From the NCBI GenBank assembly GCA_041483195.1, contig JBGPFC010000033.1:1-48482 (forward strand): a DNA stretch of 48,482 bases, read 5' to 3'. This DNA comes from Candidatus Eiseniibacteriota bacterium (lineage in GTDB: Bacteria; Eisenbacteria; RBG-16-71-46). Positions within the stretch are counted from its first letter, which is position 1, and each line of letters opens with the position of its first letter. Shown here in pieces: positions 26,902 through 38,634 of the stretch. Both the position numbers and the translations under genes were made by a program. The notes under the pieces are model-generated. The model was not told the DNA's origin. It did not search any database and saw only the letters and a program-made list of their open reading frames with translations.

Positions 26902-29900
26902 ATGCCCGAACGCGCGGGCGCCCTCCTCGCGGTCGCGCTCGCGATGGTTCTGCTCGCGTCGCCACCGCGTGCGCGCGCCGCGAGCGATGCCGGCTGCGGC
27001 GTGTCTGCGATTCCGGTGCGCGAGGGCGCCGGCGTCTACCACCTGCCGCACGGGTTCATCCGCGCCGGAAGCGATTCGGTGTGGACGCGACGCGGCGCGC
27101 TGACGCGGGGCACGGACTACGTGCTCGACCGGTTGCGCGGCGAGTTGCGGCTGCTCGGCCGCGTGCCCGCCGGTGAGACGCTGTGGGCAGCCGGTTGCTG
27201 GCTGATCCATCCGCCCCCGATCGATCTCCAGATCAACCACTATCGGCCGCTCGCGCTCGCCGCGCCCGAGAGCGCGAAGACCGGAGCCATCGAGGTGCCG
27301 GTCCGGCCGGCGACGCACCGCGATCCCGGCACCGCGCCCGCCGGCGCCGCGCTGAGCGTGAACGGCAACAAGACCATCGCGATCGAGTTCGGCTCATCGC
27401 AGGACGCGTTCCTGCGTCAGAGTCTCGATCTCGCGGTGAGCGGAACGCTCGCGCCCGGCGTCACGCTGACCGGCGCGCTGTCGGATCGCAACACGCCGCT
27501 CACCTCGTCGGGCTCGACACAGGATCTGCAGGCGCTCGACCGCGTGCTGATCGAGTTGCGCACGCCGCAGGCGAGCGCGGCGCTGGGCGACGTGACCCTC
27601 AGCATTCCGCACGGTGATTTCGGGCGCATCGAGCGGCGGCTGCAGGGGGTGCGCGGCGAGTGGGGAGTTGGAGGATTTCAGGGCACGGTCGCGGCGGCCA
27701 GCGCGCAGGGTGAATATCGCCGCCTCCAGCTGTTCGGCGTCGAGGGCAGGCAGGGTCCCTACGTGATGACCGACCGCGACGGAAACCCCGGCGTCTCGGT
27801 GGTCGCGGGCAGCGAGGTGGTGACCGTGGACGGCGCGCGGATGACGCGCGGCGAGAGCGCGGACTATTCGATGGACTACGAGCGCGGCCAGCTCACCTTC
27901 TCGAATCGCCGGCCGATCTCGTCGGCCAGCCGCATCACCGTCGAGTATCAGTTCGCGGTGAATCGCTATCGGCGCAACCTCGCGGCGTTCGATGGACGCT
28001 GGGAGGGCAAGACGATTCACGGGTTCACGCGCCTGCTGAGCGAAGGCGACGATCGCGGACGCCCGCTCGACATCACGCTCGACGCGCAGGACCGTCTCGC
28101 GCTCGCGTACGCTGGCGACTCGCTGGGCCGCGCGCTGGGCCCGGGGGTCACGGCCGGGGGCGGCGACTACGACACGGTGCGCGTCGCCGGCGTCCTGATC
28201 TATGCGTTCGCCAGACCCGACTCCGGCCGGTTCGCCGTGCGATTCGCCAGGGTGGGACAGGGGCTCGGCTCCTACGCCGACTCGGCGAGCATCGCCGGGC
28301 GCATCGCCTACAAGTACGTCGGCCCCGGAAGCGGTGCCTTCGTGATCGGACGCGCGCTCCCGCTGCCCGAGAGCCATCAGCTCTGGGCGGGGGGCGGGGG
28401 CGTACGGCTCGGGGCGCTGACACTCGAGACCGAAGGCGCGGTCTCGCGCCAGGACCTGAATGTGTATTCGCCGATCGACGACGGGGACAACGTGGGCCAT
28501 GCGGGGCGCGCCGCGCTCGCGATCGAGGGCGCGGCGCCGGGCGCGCTCGGTCATGCGGGCCTCAGCGTGACCGCGCGCGCCGTGGACCGCCGCTTCGCGC
28601 CGTTCACGCGTCTCGAGCGCCCGTTCGCGCAGGAGGACTGGGGTCTTCCGGTGGACGCGGACCTCGAGCATCAGCACCGGCTCGAGGCCGCGGGCTTCGT
28701 GAAGCCGCGTTTCGGGGGCGACCTCCGCGCCACGCTCGCGCGGCTCGATCTTCCCGGCGGCTTCACATCGCTCCGCCGCGGGCTCGACTGGACGCGCGAC
28801 GGAATGCTGGCGACGCAGCTCGCGATCGAGCGCGCGGACGCGCGCGATCCTCACCGCCGCTTCCGCGACGGCGGCCGCGAACGGGCTCGCGGCGAGCTGC
28901 GGCTGCGCACCGCGTGGCTCGAGCCCGCGTTGCGCGGCGAGTTCGACGCGCGCCGCGTTCCGAGCGACAGCGTGAGAGTCGGAGCGCGGGTGCGGGAGGG
29001 AACGCTCGAGCTGGCGAGCGCCCGGCGCTTCGCATGGCACGCGGTGGCGGGATATGGATTGCGGCGCGACGCGCTGCGGTCCGCGACCGGCTTCGACGAT
29101 CAGAGCGAGGCTCGAACCCTGCGCTTCGCGCTCGACGGCCCGCCCGGGGGCCCGCTGGGTCTCGCGCTCGCCTACCAGCGGCGCGACCTCGAACCGCTCG
29201 CCAGCCCGGTGCGCACCCGGAGCGAGCTGGCGAGCACGCGGCTGCGATACGACGATGCGAAGCGCGGCCTGAGCGCGAGCGCGAGCCTCGAAGTCACAGC
29301 GGAGGGCGAGAACCGGCGGGTGCGCACGCTCACGTTCGTCGGCTCGGGACAGGGACCCTACGACGCGCTGGGAAACTTCGTGGGCAGAGGGGACTACGTG
29401 CTGGGGATCGGTGTGAGCGATGCGCTCGAGCGCGTCGCCCGCACGGCGCTCAGCGCCCGCATGGCGTGGCAGTTCGGCGAATCCGAAGCCTGGCGTGGCT
29501 CGCGGGCGGAGTTCGATTTCGAGACCGACGCGCGCCGCCGCGGCGAGTTCCGCCCCGGCGACGCCCTGGTCTCGCCCGGGGCGGTGCTGGCGGACGCCTC
29601 GCTCGCGCGCGGGAGCGTGCTCCAGCGCCTCGATACGGAGATCGCTCCGGATTCGCGCGCCGGCGCGCTGCGTCTCCTGATCGAGCGCCGGGTGAGCGCC
29701 GATCGTTCCTTCGACAACTTCGGGCAGAGCCAGGACGAGCGCACGGTGTCGCTGCGCTGGCGTGCGCGCCCCGGGGCGGTGGTGAGCACCGAGGTCGAAG
29801 CGCGGCTCCGCCGCCAGGAAGCCGCGCAATTGCTGCTGGGCGTTCAGCCCTATCGACGGGTGCTGCTCGAAAACGGCGGCACGGCGCAACTGGTCGTGAC

Positions 29901-30249
29901 CCCCGATGCGCGATTGCGCGCGGTGGGGGCGCTCGAGGCCTCGTGGGTGAGGCCCGAGGATCAGAACGACGTCACGCGCACGGTGCGGGTGGGGCCCGAT
30001 CTCGGGTTCGCGCTCGGCGCGCGGGGCCGGCTGGAGCTCGGCGCACGTCGGACCTTCGTGAGCGGCCCGCCGGTCGCGGGCCTGCTGCCGACCGCCGATC
30101 CGCTCGCGCCCCCGCACTGGGAAGGCAACGCGCGGATGGACTACCGGGTGCGCGAGACCACGACGCTGGGCGTGAGCTTCAATGCTCGAGACGTGCCGCA
30201 CGCGGCGTCGCGTTACACCGGGCGCGCCGAGCTCCGGGCGTTCTTCTGA
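26902..30249 (+). CDS. Large outer-membrane protein with SprA/Sov-like segments (1115 aa)
   Basis: Signal peptide; QSLDLAVSGTL...GDVTL...LQGV; two GS..V....L.RG.DY..DY..G.L.F modules; amphipathic beta pattern; terminal ELRAFF. Confidence 0.65.
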   Translation: MPERAGALLAVALAMVLLASPPRARAASDAGCGVSAIPVREGAGVYHLPHGFIRAGSDSVWTRRGALTRGTDYVLDRLRGELRLLGRVPAGETLWAAGCWLIHPPPIDLQINHYRPLALAAPESAKTGAIEVPVRPATHRDPGTAPAGAALSVNGNKTIAIEFGSSQDAFLRQSLDLAVSGTLAPGVTLTGALSDRNTPLTSSGSTQDLQALDRVLIELRTPQASAALGDVTLSIPHGDFGRIERRLQGVRGEWGVGGFQGTVAAASAQGEYRRLQLFGVEGRQGPYVMTDRDGNPGVSVVAGSEVVTVDGARMTRGESADYSMDYERGQLTFSNRRPISSASRITVEYQFAVNRYRRNLAAFDGRWEGKTIHGFTRLLSEGDDRGRPLDITLDAQDRLALAYAGDSLGRALGPGVTAGGGDYDTVRVAGVLIYAFARPDSGRFAVRFARVGQGLGSYADSASIAGRIAYKYVGPGSGAFVIGRALPLPESHQLWAGGGGVRLGALTLETEGAVSRQDLNVYSPIDDGDNVGHAGRAALAIEGAAPGALGHAGLSVTARAVDRRFAPFTRLERPFAQEDWGLPVDADLEHQHRLEAAGFVKPRFGGDLRATLARLDLPGGFTSLRRGLDWTRDGMLATQLAIERADARDPHRRFRDGGRERARGELRLRTAWLEPALRGEFDARRVPSDSVRVGARVREGTLELASARRFAWHAVAGYGLRRDALRSATGFDDQSEARTLRFALDGPPGGPLGLALAYQRRDLEPLASPVRTRSELASTRLRYDDAKRGLSASASLEVTAEGENRRVRTLTFVGSGQGPYDALGNFVGRGDYVLGIGVSDALERVARTALSARMAWQFGESEAWRGSRAEFDFETDARRRGEFRPGDALVSPGAVLADASLARGSVLQRLDTEIAPDSRAGALRLLIERRVSADRSFDNFGQSQDERTVSLRWRARPGAVVSTEVEARLRRQEAAQLLLGVQPYRRVLLENGGTAQLVVTPDARLRAVGALEASWVRPEDQNDVTRTVRVGPDLGFALGARGRLELGARRTFVSGPPVAGLLPTADPLAPPHWEGNARMDYRVRETTTLGVSFNARDVPHAASRYTGRAELRAFF

Positions 30250-31955
30250 TGGCCGCGCGCATACACCTGCCCGTTCTCGCGCTGGCCGCGGTGGCGCTGG
30301 CCGCGCGTTGCGCCGCGGCCGCTCCCGCGACCCGCGTCGAATATCGGGGGCGGGTGCTCACCGATCGCCAGGTGGAGAGCATGCTCGCGCCGCCCCTGCG
30401 GAGTCCCACGGACTCGACAGCGCTCGCACGGGCGCTCGACGAGATCGTGGGGCAGCTCCAGGATGCCGGTTATCTCGATGCGCGCGCGGCCGCGCGGTGG
30501 GACAGCCTTCCCGGCCCGCGTCTCGCGATCACGATCGACGAAGGTCCGCGCTACCGGCTCGGCACCGTACGATTCGCGATGCCCGCGAGCCTCGACTCCA
30601 TGCGCTTCGCATCGGCGCTGGGAGTCGCACCGGGAGACCGCGCGTCACCGCGGGGCGTGGGAGAGGCGGTCGATCGCGCGCTGCGCGCGGTGACGGACCG
30701 CGGGTACCCGTACGCGTCGCTCGGCGTCAGCGGATGGGACGCCGACAGCGGCGTGGTCGCGCTCCGTCTCTCCGGCGCGCTCGGGCCGCTGGTGACGATC
30801 ACCCGAGCGCGCGTCGAAGGCCTGCGGGTCACCCGAGACGCGATCGCGCAGAAATCGATGGGGCGCCTCGCCGGGCTCCCGTACAATCGCGAGGCGGCGC
30901 TGATCGCGCGCGATCGGCTCGTGCAGCTCGGACTGTTCAGCCGCGTGACGCTCGAAGGGCTCGAGGGCGAGCCGGAATGGAATCGGGCGCAGCTCGTGTA
31001 TCACGTCGATGAGCCGCGCTACAACCGGTTCGAGGGCGTGGTCGGGGTGCAGGGCGATGCCGGGACGGTGGGTCTCGCGCAACTCGATCTCGGCAATTTG
31101 CTCGGCACCGGCCGCGCCCTTTCGCTGCGCTGGCAATCCCGCGGCCGCGGGCTCGCGGACTTCGGGGCGCGCTACGCAGAGCCGCTGCTGTTCGGCGCGC
31201 CGCTCCGGCTGGAGGCGGCGGTCGATCAACAGGTGCAGGACACGATCTTCGTTCGGACGAGGTGGGGCGGGCGCGTCCAGTTCGCGCCGTCCCCGCAGGA
31301 GAAGCTGGAAGCCGGCCTCGAGGAGGAACGGGTGGTCCAGGAAGCGGGCGAGGTGGAGCAGGCCCAGCTGCAGAACACGGTCTTCGCCCTCGAACGCGAT
31401 ACGCTCGATCCGCCGCTTTCCCCGCGGCGCGGCGCGCGCGTTCGGCTCCAGGCGACGCAGATCTTCAAGCGCGAGCGGCTTCGCCCGGAGGGGCAGCGCA
31501 CCGCGCGCGAGAGCGCGGTCGCGATCCGAAGCGCATGGAGCCAGGCCTTCACGAGCGCGAGCGGTCTATCGCTCGAGCTGCAGGGCGACGCGCGCTTCAG
31601 CTCGCAGCGCGTGCTGCCGCTCTACGAGCGGACCCCGGTCGGGGGCGCCACCACGTTGCGCGGGCACGATGAGGAGGCGTTCCGGGCCGATCGTGTCGCG
31701 CTGTCGCGCCTCGAGTACCGCTGGTTCCTCGCAGAGGCGCAGCGCGTCTTCCTGTTCTGGGACCATGCGTGGATGGCGACGCGGGAGCCGCTGGTCGCGG
31801 GCGGCGACCGCCTCGAGACGCTGCAGCGCGACGGCCTCGGCTTCGGACTGCGGCTCGAGGCGAACGGCGGACTGATCGGCGTCGAATACGGCCTCGAGCC
31901 GGGCAAGGCGCCACTCGATGGGAAGATCCACCTGCGGCTGGTCTCGACGTTCTGA
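30249..31955 (+). CDS. Omp85 (BamA/TamA-like) outer-membrane protein with POTRA domains
   Basis: TGATG overlap; POTRA-like GYLDA...IDEGPRYRL, RGYPYA, LVQLGLFSRV; NLLGTGR; lid loop VGGATTLRGHDE; LEYR; terminal RLVSTF. Confidence 0.88.
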   Translation: MAARIHLPVLALAAVALAARCAAAAPATRVEYRGRVLTDRQVESMLAPPLRSPTDSTALARALDEIVGQLQDAGYLDARAAARWDSLPGPRLAITIDEGPRYRLGTVRFAMPASLDSMRFASALGVAPGDRASPRGVGEAVDRALRAVTDRGYPYASLGVSGWDADSGVVALRLSGALGPLVTITRARVEGLRVTRDAIAQKSMGRLAGLPYNREAALIARDRLVQLGLFSRVTLEGLEGEPEWNRAQLVYHVDEPRYNRFEGVVGVQGDAGTVGLAQLDLGNLLGTGRALSLRWQSRGRGLADFGARYAEPLLFGAPLRLEAAVDQQVQDTIFVRTRWGGRVQFAPSPQEKLEAGLEEERVVQEAGEVEQAQLQNTVFALERDTLDPPLSPRRGARVRLQATQIFKRERLRPEGQRTARESAVAIRSAWSQAFTSASGLSLELQGDARFSSQRVLPLYERTPVGGATTLRGHDEEAFRADRVALSRLEYRWFLAEAQRVFLFWDHAWMATREPLVAGGDRLETLQRDGLGFGLRLEANGGLIGVEYGLEPGKAPLDGKIHLRLVSTF

Positions 31956-31958
31956 GGG

Positions 31959-34076
31959 ATGGGGATGGATCAAGGAACGCTGACTGCGCGGGTGGATGCG
32001 ATGCTGGGTCCGGACGGCACGCTGCGCGAGCGCTGGCCAGGATACGAGCCTCGCGAAGGACAACTCGGCCTGGCGCTGGACGTGGCCGGCGCCATCGAGC
32101 GCGGAGGCGTGCTGCTGGCGGAGGCGCCGACCGGGGTGGGGAAGTCGCTGGCCTACCTGCTGCCGTGCGTGCTCCACGCGATCGAGACCGGGCGGCGCGT
32201 CGCGATCGCGACCTGCACGCGCTCGCTTCAGGATCAGTTGTTCGAGCGCGACCTGCCCGCGCTGCTCGCGCTGCTCGACGTGCGTCTGCCCTGCGCGCGC
32301 CTCAAGGGCAAGCAAAACTATCTGTGCGAGCCGACGCTGGCGCTGGCGGAGGGCCACGGCGCCGAAGAGACCGAGACGCTGGAGGCGGTGCGTCGCTGGG
32401 CCGCGGCCGACGCCGAGGGCGATCTCGACCGGTTTCCCGCGGCCGATCCCGAGTCGTTCCGGCGGATTCGCCCGCGCATCGCCGCCGATCCGCACGCCTG
32501 CACCATCACGACCTGCCGGCGCGGCCGCGAGTGTTTCTGGGTGCGCGCGCGCCGCTCGGCCGCGGAGGCGCGACTGCTGGTGGTGAATCACGCGCTGCTC
32601 GCGCTCTCGGGGGAGGTCGAGGGACTGTTGCCCGACTTCGACGTGCTGATCGTGGATGAAGCCCATCGTCTCGAGGGCGTGCTGCTCGCGCAGCTGGAGT
32701 GCGCGATCACGCGCGGGCGCTTCGAGGAACTGCTGCGCTTGATCGGGACCGGCCGCCGCGCGCCCCGCCGCGGCTCCGATGCCGCCGTGGGCGGGCTGCT
32801 CGCCCGCATGCGTGCCTACGCCGCGCCGCTGCTCGATTCGCGCGGAGCCGGGGCGCGCGAAACGCTCGAGGAGATGGCGGACCGCGTGCCGCGGTGCCGG
32901 GACGACGTGGAGCGATTGTTCGCGCGGCTCGACCCGCCCGGCGAGCGCGACGACGTCTATGGCGCGCGCGCCCGCTACCATTCGGCCGAGGAGCTGCTGG
33001 GCCGCGATCTCGAGCCCCTCGAGAGCGCGCTCGCGCACTGCGCTGCGTTCGCGCGCGCGCTGCAGCGTCTCGCGGACGGGCTGGTCGACGCCGGGCCCAC
33101 CGGCGCGGAGCTGGCGGCCGAATCGCTCCAGCTCGCCGCGCGCTGGACCCTGCTCGGCGCGGATCTCGTACGCGTGACCGACGCGCGCGATCGAGATTGG
33201 GTGTACTGGCGCGCCGCCGGCGGCCGCGGCGTCGAGCTGCGGGGCTCTCCGATTTCGGCCGCTCCGTATGCGCGGCGGCTGGTGCTGGATCGGGCCCGCG
33301 CCACGCTCCTGACCTCGGCGACGCTGTCGGCGGGGGGGGACTTCGCGTTCGTGGCCGAGCGCCTCGGGCTGGGCGAGGCGCGGGGACGCGAGTACCGCGC
33401 GGGGACGTATCCGACGCCGTTCGCGCTCGAGCGCCAGATCGCGAGCTTCGTCTTCGACGGCGGCCCCGACGAGTCGGAAGCCGTCGCGAATCTGGTGACC
33501 GCGCTGTCGCGCGCGACGTCGCGCAATCTGCTCGCGCTGTTCACGTCGCACGAGCGGCTGCGGCGCGCGCGGGAGCGCCTGATCGAGCTGCTGCCGCGCG
33601 CGACCGTGCTGCTCGCGCAAGAATGGGACGGACCCGCGAGCACCGTCGCCGAGCGCTTCCGGCTCGAGCGCGGGGCCGTCTTGCTCGGGGTCCAGAGCCT
33701 GTGGGAAGGTGTCGACTTCCCGGGTCCGGCGCTCGAGATCCTGGTGGTCGCGAAGCTGCCGTTCTCGGTGCCCGATGATCCGCTGGTCGAAGCGCGGGGC
33801 GAGAGGCTGCGGGAGCGGGGGCTCGATCCGTTCCGCCACGACGCGGTGCCGGAGGCCGTCCTGCGTTTCCGGCAGGGCGTCGGTCGGCTCATCCGGCGGG
33901 CCGACGATCGCGGCGTGCTGGTGGTGTGCGATCCGCGACTGGAACGGGCGTCGTACCGGACGCCGTTTCGCGATGCGGTGCCGGGGAGCTGGCGGCTCGA
34001 GCGCGACGCGCTTGCGCTCGCGGATCGGGCGGCGCGCTTTCTGAGCGGGCCGGTCGCGGTGGAGGAGGAAGCGTGA
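31959..34076 (+). CDS. dinG: DinG/YoaA-family ATP-dependent helicase with Fe-S cluster ligands
   Basis: PREGQ Q-motif, EAPTGVGKS, KGKQNYLC and C...C...C, IVDEAH, LTSATL, LFTS, WEGVDFPG, KLPF, QGVGRLIR. Confidence 0.93.
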   Translation: MGMDQGTLTARVDAMLGPDGTLRERWPGYEPREGQLGLALDVAGAIERGGVLLAEAPTGVGKSLAYLLPCVLHAIETGRRVAIATCTRSLQDQLFERDLPALLALLDVRLPCARLKGKQNYLCEPTLALAEGHGAEETETLEAVRRWAAADAEGDLDRFPAADPESFRRIRPRIAADPHACTITTCRRGRECFWVRARRSAAEARLLVVNHALLALSGEVEGLLPDFDVLIVDEAHRLEGVLLAQLECAITRGRFEELLRLIGTGRRAPRRGSDAAVGGLLARMRAYAAPLLDSRGAGARETLEEMADRVPRCRDDVERLFARLDPPGERDDVYGARARYHSAEELLGRDLEPLESALAHCAAFARALQRLADGLVDAGPTGAELAAESLQLAARWTLLGADLVRVTDARDRDWVYWRAAGGRGVELRGSPISAAPYARRLVLDRARATLLTSATLSAGGDFAFVAERLGLGEARGREYRAGTYPTPFALERQIASFVFDGGPDESEAVANLVTALSRATSRNLLALFTSHERLRRARERLIELLPRATVLLAQEWDGPASTVAERFRLERGAVLLGVQSLWEGVDFPGPALEILVVAKLPFSVPDDPLVEARGERLRERGLDPFRHDAVPEAVLRFRQGVGRLIRRADDRGVLVVCDPRLERASYRTPFRDAVPGSWRLERDALALADRAARFLSGPVAVEEEA

Positions 34077-35586
34077 TCGAGCTGGGAGCTGAGCCTCTCA
34101 CGCTGGACGACGTGATTCGTGTCGCGCGCGAGCGCGAGCCCGTCGCGCTCGCCGCCGCGGCCCGCACGCGCATGGTCGCGAGCCGCGCGGTCATCGATGC
34201 CGCCGTGCGCGAAGGACGCGTGATCTACGGCGTCACCACCGGCTTCGGCGAGCTCAAGAACCAGCATATCCCCCCCGATCAGGTGCGGCGGCTCCAGATC
34301 AACCTGCTGCGCTCGCACTGTGCGGGCGTCGGGCCGCCCGCCTCGCGCGAGGTGGTGCGCGCGATGCTCCTGCTGCGCGCCGCTTCGCTCGCGGCGGGGC
34401 ATTCGGGCTGCAGGCCCGAGATCGTGGTCGCGTTGCTCGCGCTGCTCGAGCGAGACGTCACGCCGGTCGTGCCGCTCGATGGCTCGGTCGGAGCGTCGGG
34501 CGACCTCGCGCCGCTCGCGCACCTCGCGTCGGTGCTGGTGGGGGAGGGCGAGGCGTGGCTCGCGGAACAGCGCATGCCGGCCGCGCTCGCGTTGCGTGGC
34601 GCGGGGCTGCAACCGCTCGAGCTGGAGGCGAAGGAGGGGCTGGCCCTGATCAACGGCACCCAGCTCTCGACGGCGCTGGCCGTGCTCGCATGCGCGGACG
34701 GCCGGCGAGTCTGGGAGGCCGCGGTGGCCGCCTCGACGCTTTCGACCGAAGTCCTGCTGGGCTCGGTGCAGCCCGCGCGCGAGGACGTGCAGTCGCTCCG
34801 GCCCTACCCGGGCGCGCTCGAGACCGCGCGCCGCATCCGCGCGTACGCGGAGGACAGCGCGCTGGTCGCCTCGCACGCGAACTGCGGCCGCGTGCAGGAC
34901 GCGTACAGCCTGCGCTGTGTCCCGCAGGTGATGGGCGCGTCATGGGACGCGCTCGATCACGTGGAGCGCCAGCTCACCATCGAGATCAACGCCGTGAACG
35001 ACAACCCGCTGGTGTTCGCGGCGTCGCAGGAGGTGGTGTCGGCCGGCCTGTTTCACGCCCAGCCGGTGGCGCTCGCGGCCGACTATCTGAAGATCGCCGT
35101 GGCGGAGATCGCATCGCTCAGCGAGCGCCGCATCGACCGCCTGCTCGACGCCCGCGAGTCCGAGCTGCCCGCGGTGCTCGCCTCGAATCCGGGCCTGGAG
35201 TCGGGCTACATGATGGCCCAGTACACCGCGGCGGCGCTGGTCTCCGAGAACAAGGTGTTCGCGCATCCGGCGAGCGTGGACTCGATCCCGACCGGCGCCG
35301 GAATCGAGGATCACGTCAGCATGGCGCCGATCGCCGGCCGCCACGCGCGCGCGGTGGTCGAGAACGCGGCGCGCGTCGTCGCGCTCGAGCTCTTGTGCGC
35401 GTGCCGCGCGCTGGAGTTTCGCAGGCCGTTGACCGCCGGCAGTGGATCCGAGCGGCTGTACGGCGCGATCCGTCGGCTGGTGCCGGCTCCGGATGGCGAC
35501 CGTCCGCTCTCCGGCAACTGCGAGACGATCGCGCGCTGGGTGCTGTCGCGGGCTCCGGAGCGGCTGGCGGACGAGGTGCTGAACCC

Positions 35587-35590
<4 letters not shown>
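34073..35590 (+). CDS. hutH: Histidine ammonia-lyase
   Basis: GTGA overlap; [21 protein letters not shown]-forming [37 protein letters not shown]. Confidence 0.97.
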
Positions 35591-37269
<1,679 letters not shown>

Positions 37270-37271
37270 CG

Positions 37272-38567
37272 ATGACGCTCCGCCCCTCGCGCGATCCGTC
37301 GGTGAAGCCGGTCGCCGGACGCACGGCCTATCTCATCCTGCACAACACCTCGGAAGTGGTGACGCCCGATCGCGAGGGCCGGCGCATCCTGCGATACCCG
37401 AAGGGCGCGGTCGTGTTCCAGGACGGCCGAGTGCTGGAGGTCGGTCCGGCGGCCGAGCTGCACACACGCCACCGCGACGCGCGGCCGCACAACGCGAACG
37501 GGCGGCTGGTGACGCCCGGTCTGGTGGATTGCCACACCCACATGATCTTCGCCGGACACCGGGCCGGTGAGTTTCACCGGCGGCTGAAGGGCGAGAGCTA
37601 CGCGGAGATCGCGGCGGGGGGGGGCGGCATCCGCGCCACCGTCGCGGCGACCGCTTCCGAGCGCGACGACGTCCTGGAGAAGACGCTCGCCAACCGCCTC
37701 GAGCGCTGGCGCGCCAACGGCTGCACCACGGTCGAGGTGAAGAGCGGCTACGGTCTCACGCCCGCCGGAGAATTCCGCATGCTGGAGCTGATGCGCGGCG
37801 CGGCGCAGCGCGTGCCGGTACGCGTGCATCGCACCGCGCTCCTGCTGCACGCGCTGCATGAGAGCTATCGCGATCGTCGCGAGCAGCTGGTGGACGACAT
37901 GTGCGAGCGCGTCCTGCCGGAAGTCCGACGGCGGGAGCTCGCGAGCGCGGTGGACGCGTTCTGCGAGGATCTGGCGTTCAGCGTCGACGAATGCCGCGCG
38001 CTGCTCACCCGCGCGCGCGACCTGGGACTCGCGGTCAAGCTGCACGCCGACCAGCTCTCGCGAAATGGCGGCGCCGCGCTCGCGGCAGAGCTCGGCGCCT
38101 GCTCGGCCGATCATCTCGAGAGCGCGACCGAAGCGGACTGGCGGCTGCTCGCCGCCGCGGGAACGGTCGGGGTGCTGCTGCCGGCCGCCGCGCTCACGCT
38201 GCGGCAGCGCCTGCCCGAGGCGAACCTGCTCCGCCGCAGCGGAGCGCGCGTGGCGATCGCCACCGATTTCAATCCGGGGACGGCGCCCGCCCAGTCGCTG
38301 CTCGAGTGCGCAGCGCTCGCATCGCGGATCTGCGGTTTCGACGCAGAGGAGACGCTGATGGCCGTGACGTGGAACGCGGCGCGGGCGCTGGGGGTCGAGG
38401 CCGAGGCGGGGCATCTGAATCCCGGCGCGTTCGGCGATGCCGTGATCTGGGAGTGCGAGACCATGGAGGAGCTTCCTTACTGGATGCCCGCGGTGCGGCC
38501 CGATTGCGTCTTCCTGCGGGGGGCCGATCTCGCGCTCCCGACGGTGGAGCGCCGGGTGTGGCCGTGA
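37272..38567 (+). CDS. hutI: Imidazolonepropionase
   Basis: PGLVDCHTH, YAEIAAGGGGI, EVKSGYG, KLHADQL, SADHL, ATDFNPG. Confidence 0.96.
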   Translation: MTLRPSRDPSVKPVAGRTAYLILHNTSEVVTPDREGRRILRYPKGAVVFQDGRVLEVGPAAELHTRHRDARPHNANGRLVTPGLVDCHTHMIFAGHRAGEFHRRLKGESYAEIAAGGGGIRATVAATASERDDVLEKTLANRLERWRANGCTTVEVKSGYGLTPAGEFRMLELMRGAAQRVPVRVHRTALLLHALHESYRDRREQLVDDMCERVLPEVRRRELASAVDAFCEDLAFSVDECRALLTRARDLGLAVKLHADQLSRNGGAALAAELGACSADHLESATEADWRLLAAAGTVGVLLPAAALTLRQRLPEANLLRRSGARVAIATDFNPGTAPAQSLLECAALASRICGFDAEETLMAVTWNAARALGVEAEAGHLNPGAFGDAVIWECETMEELPYWMPAVRPDCVFLRGADLALPTVERRVWP

Positions 38568-38634
38568 GCCGAGCGGGCGCGACGCGCGCCCGGTTGGACC
38601 CGCTTTCCCCCGCACATGGAGATCCAATCCACTC

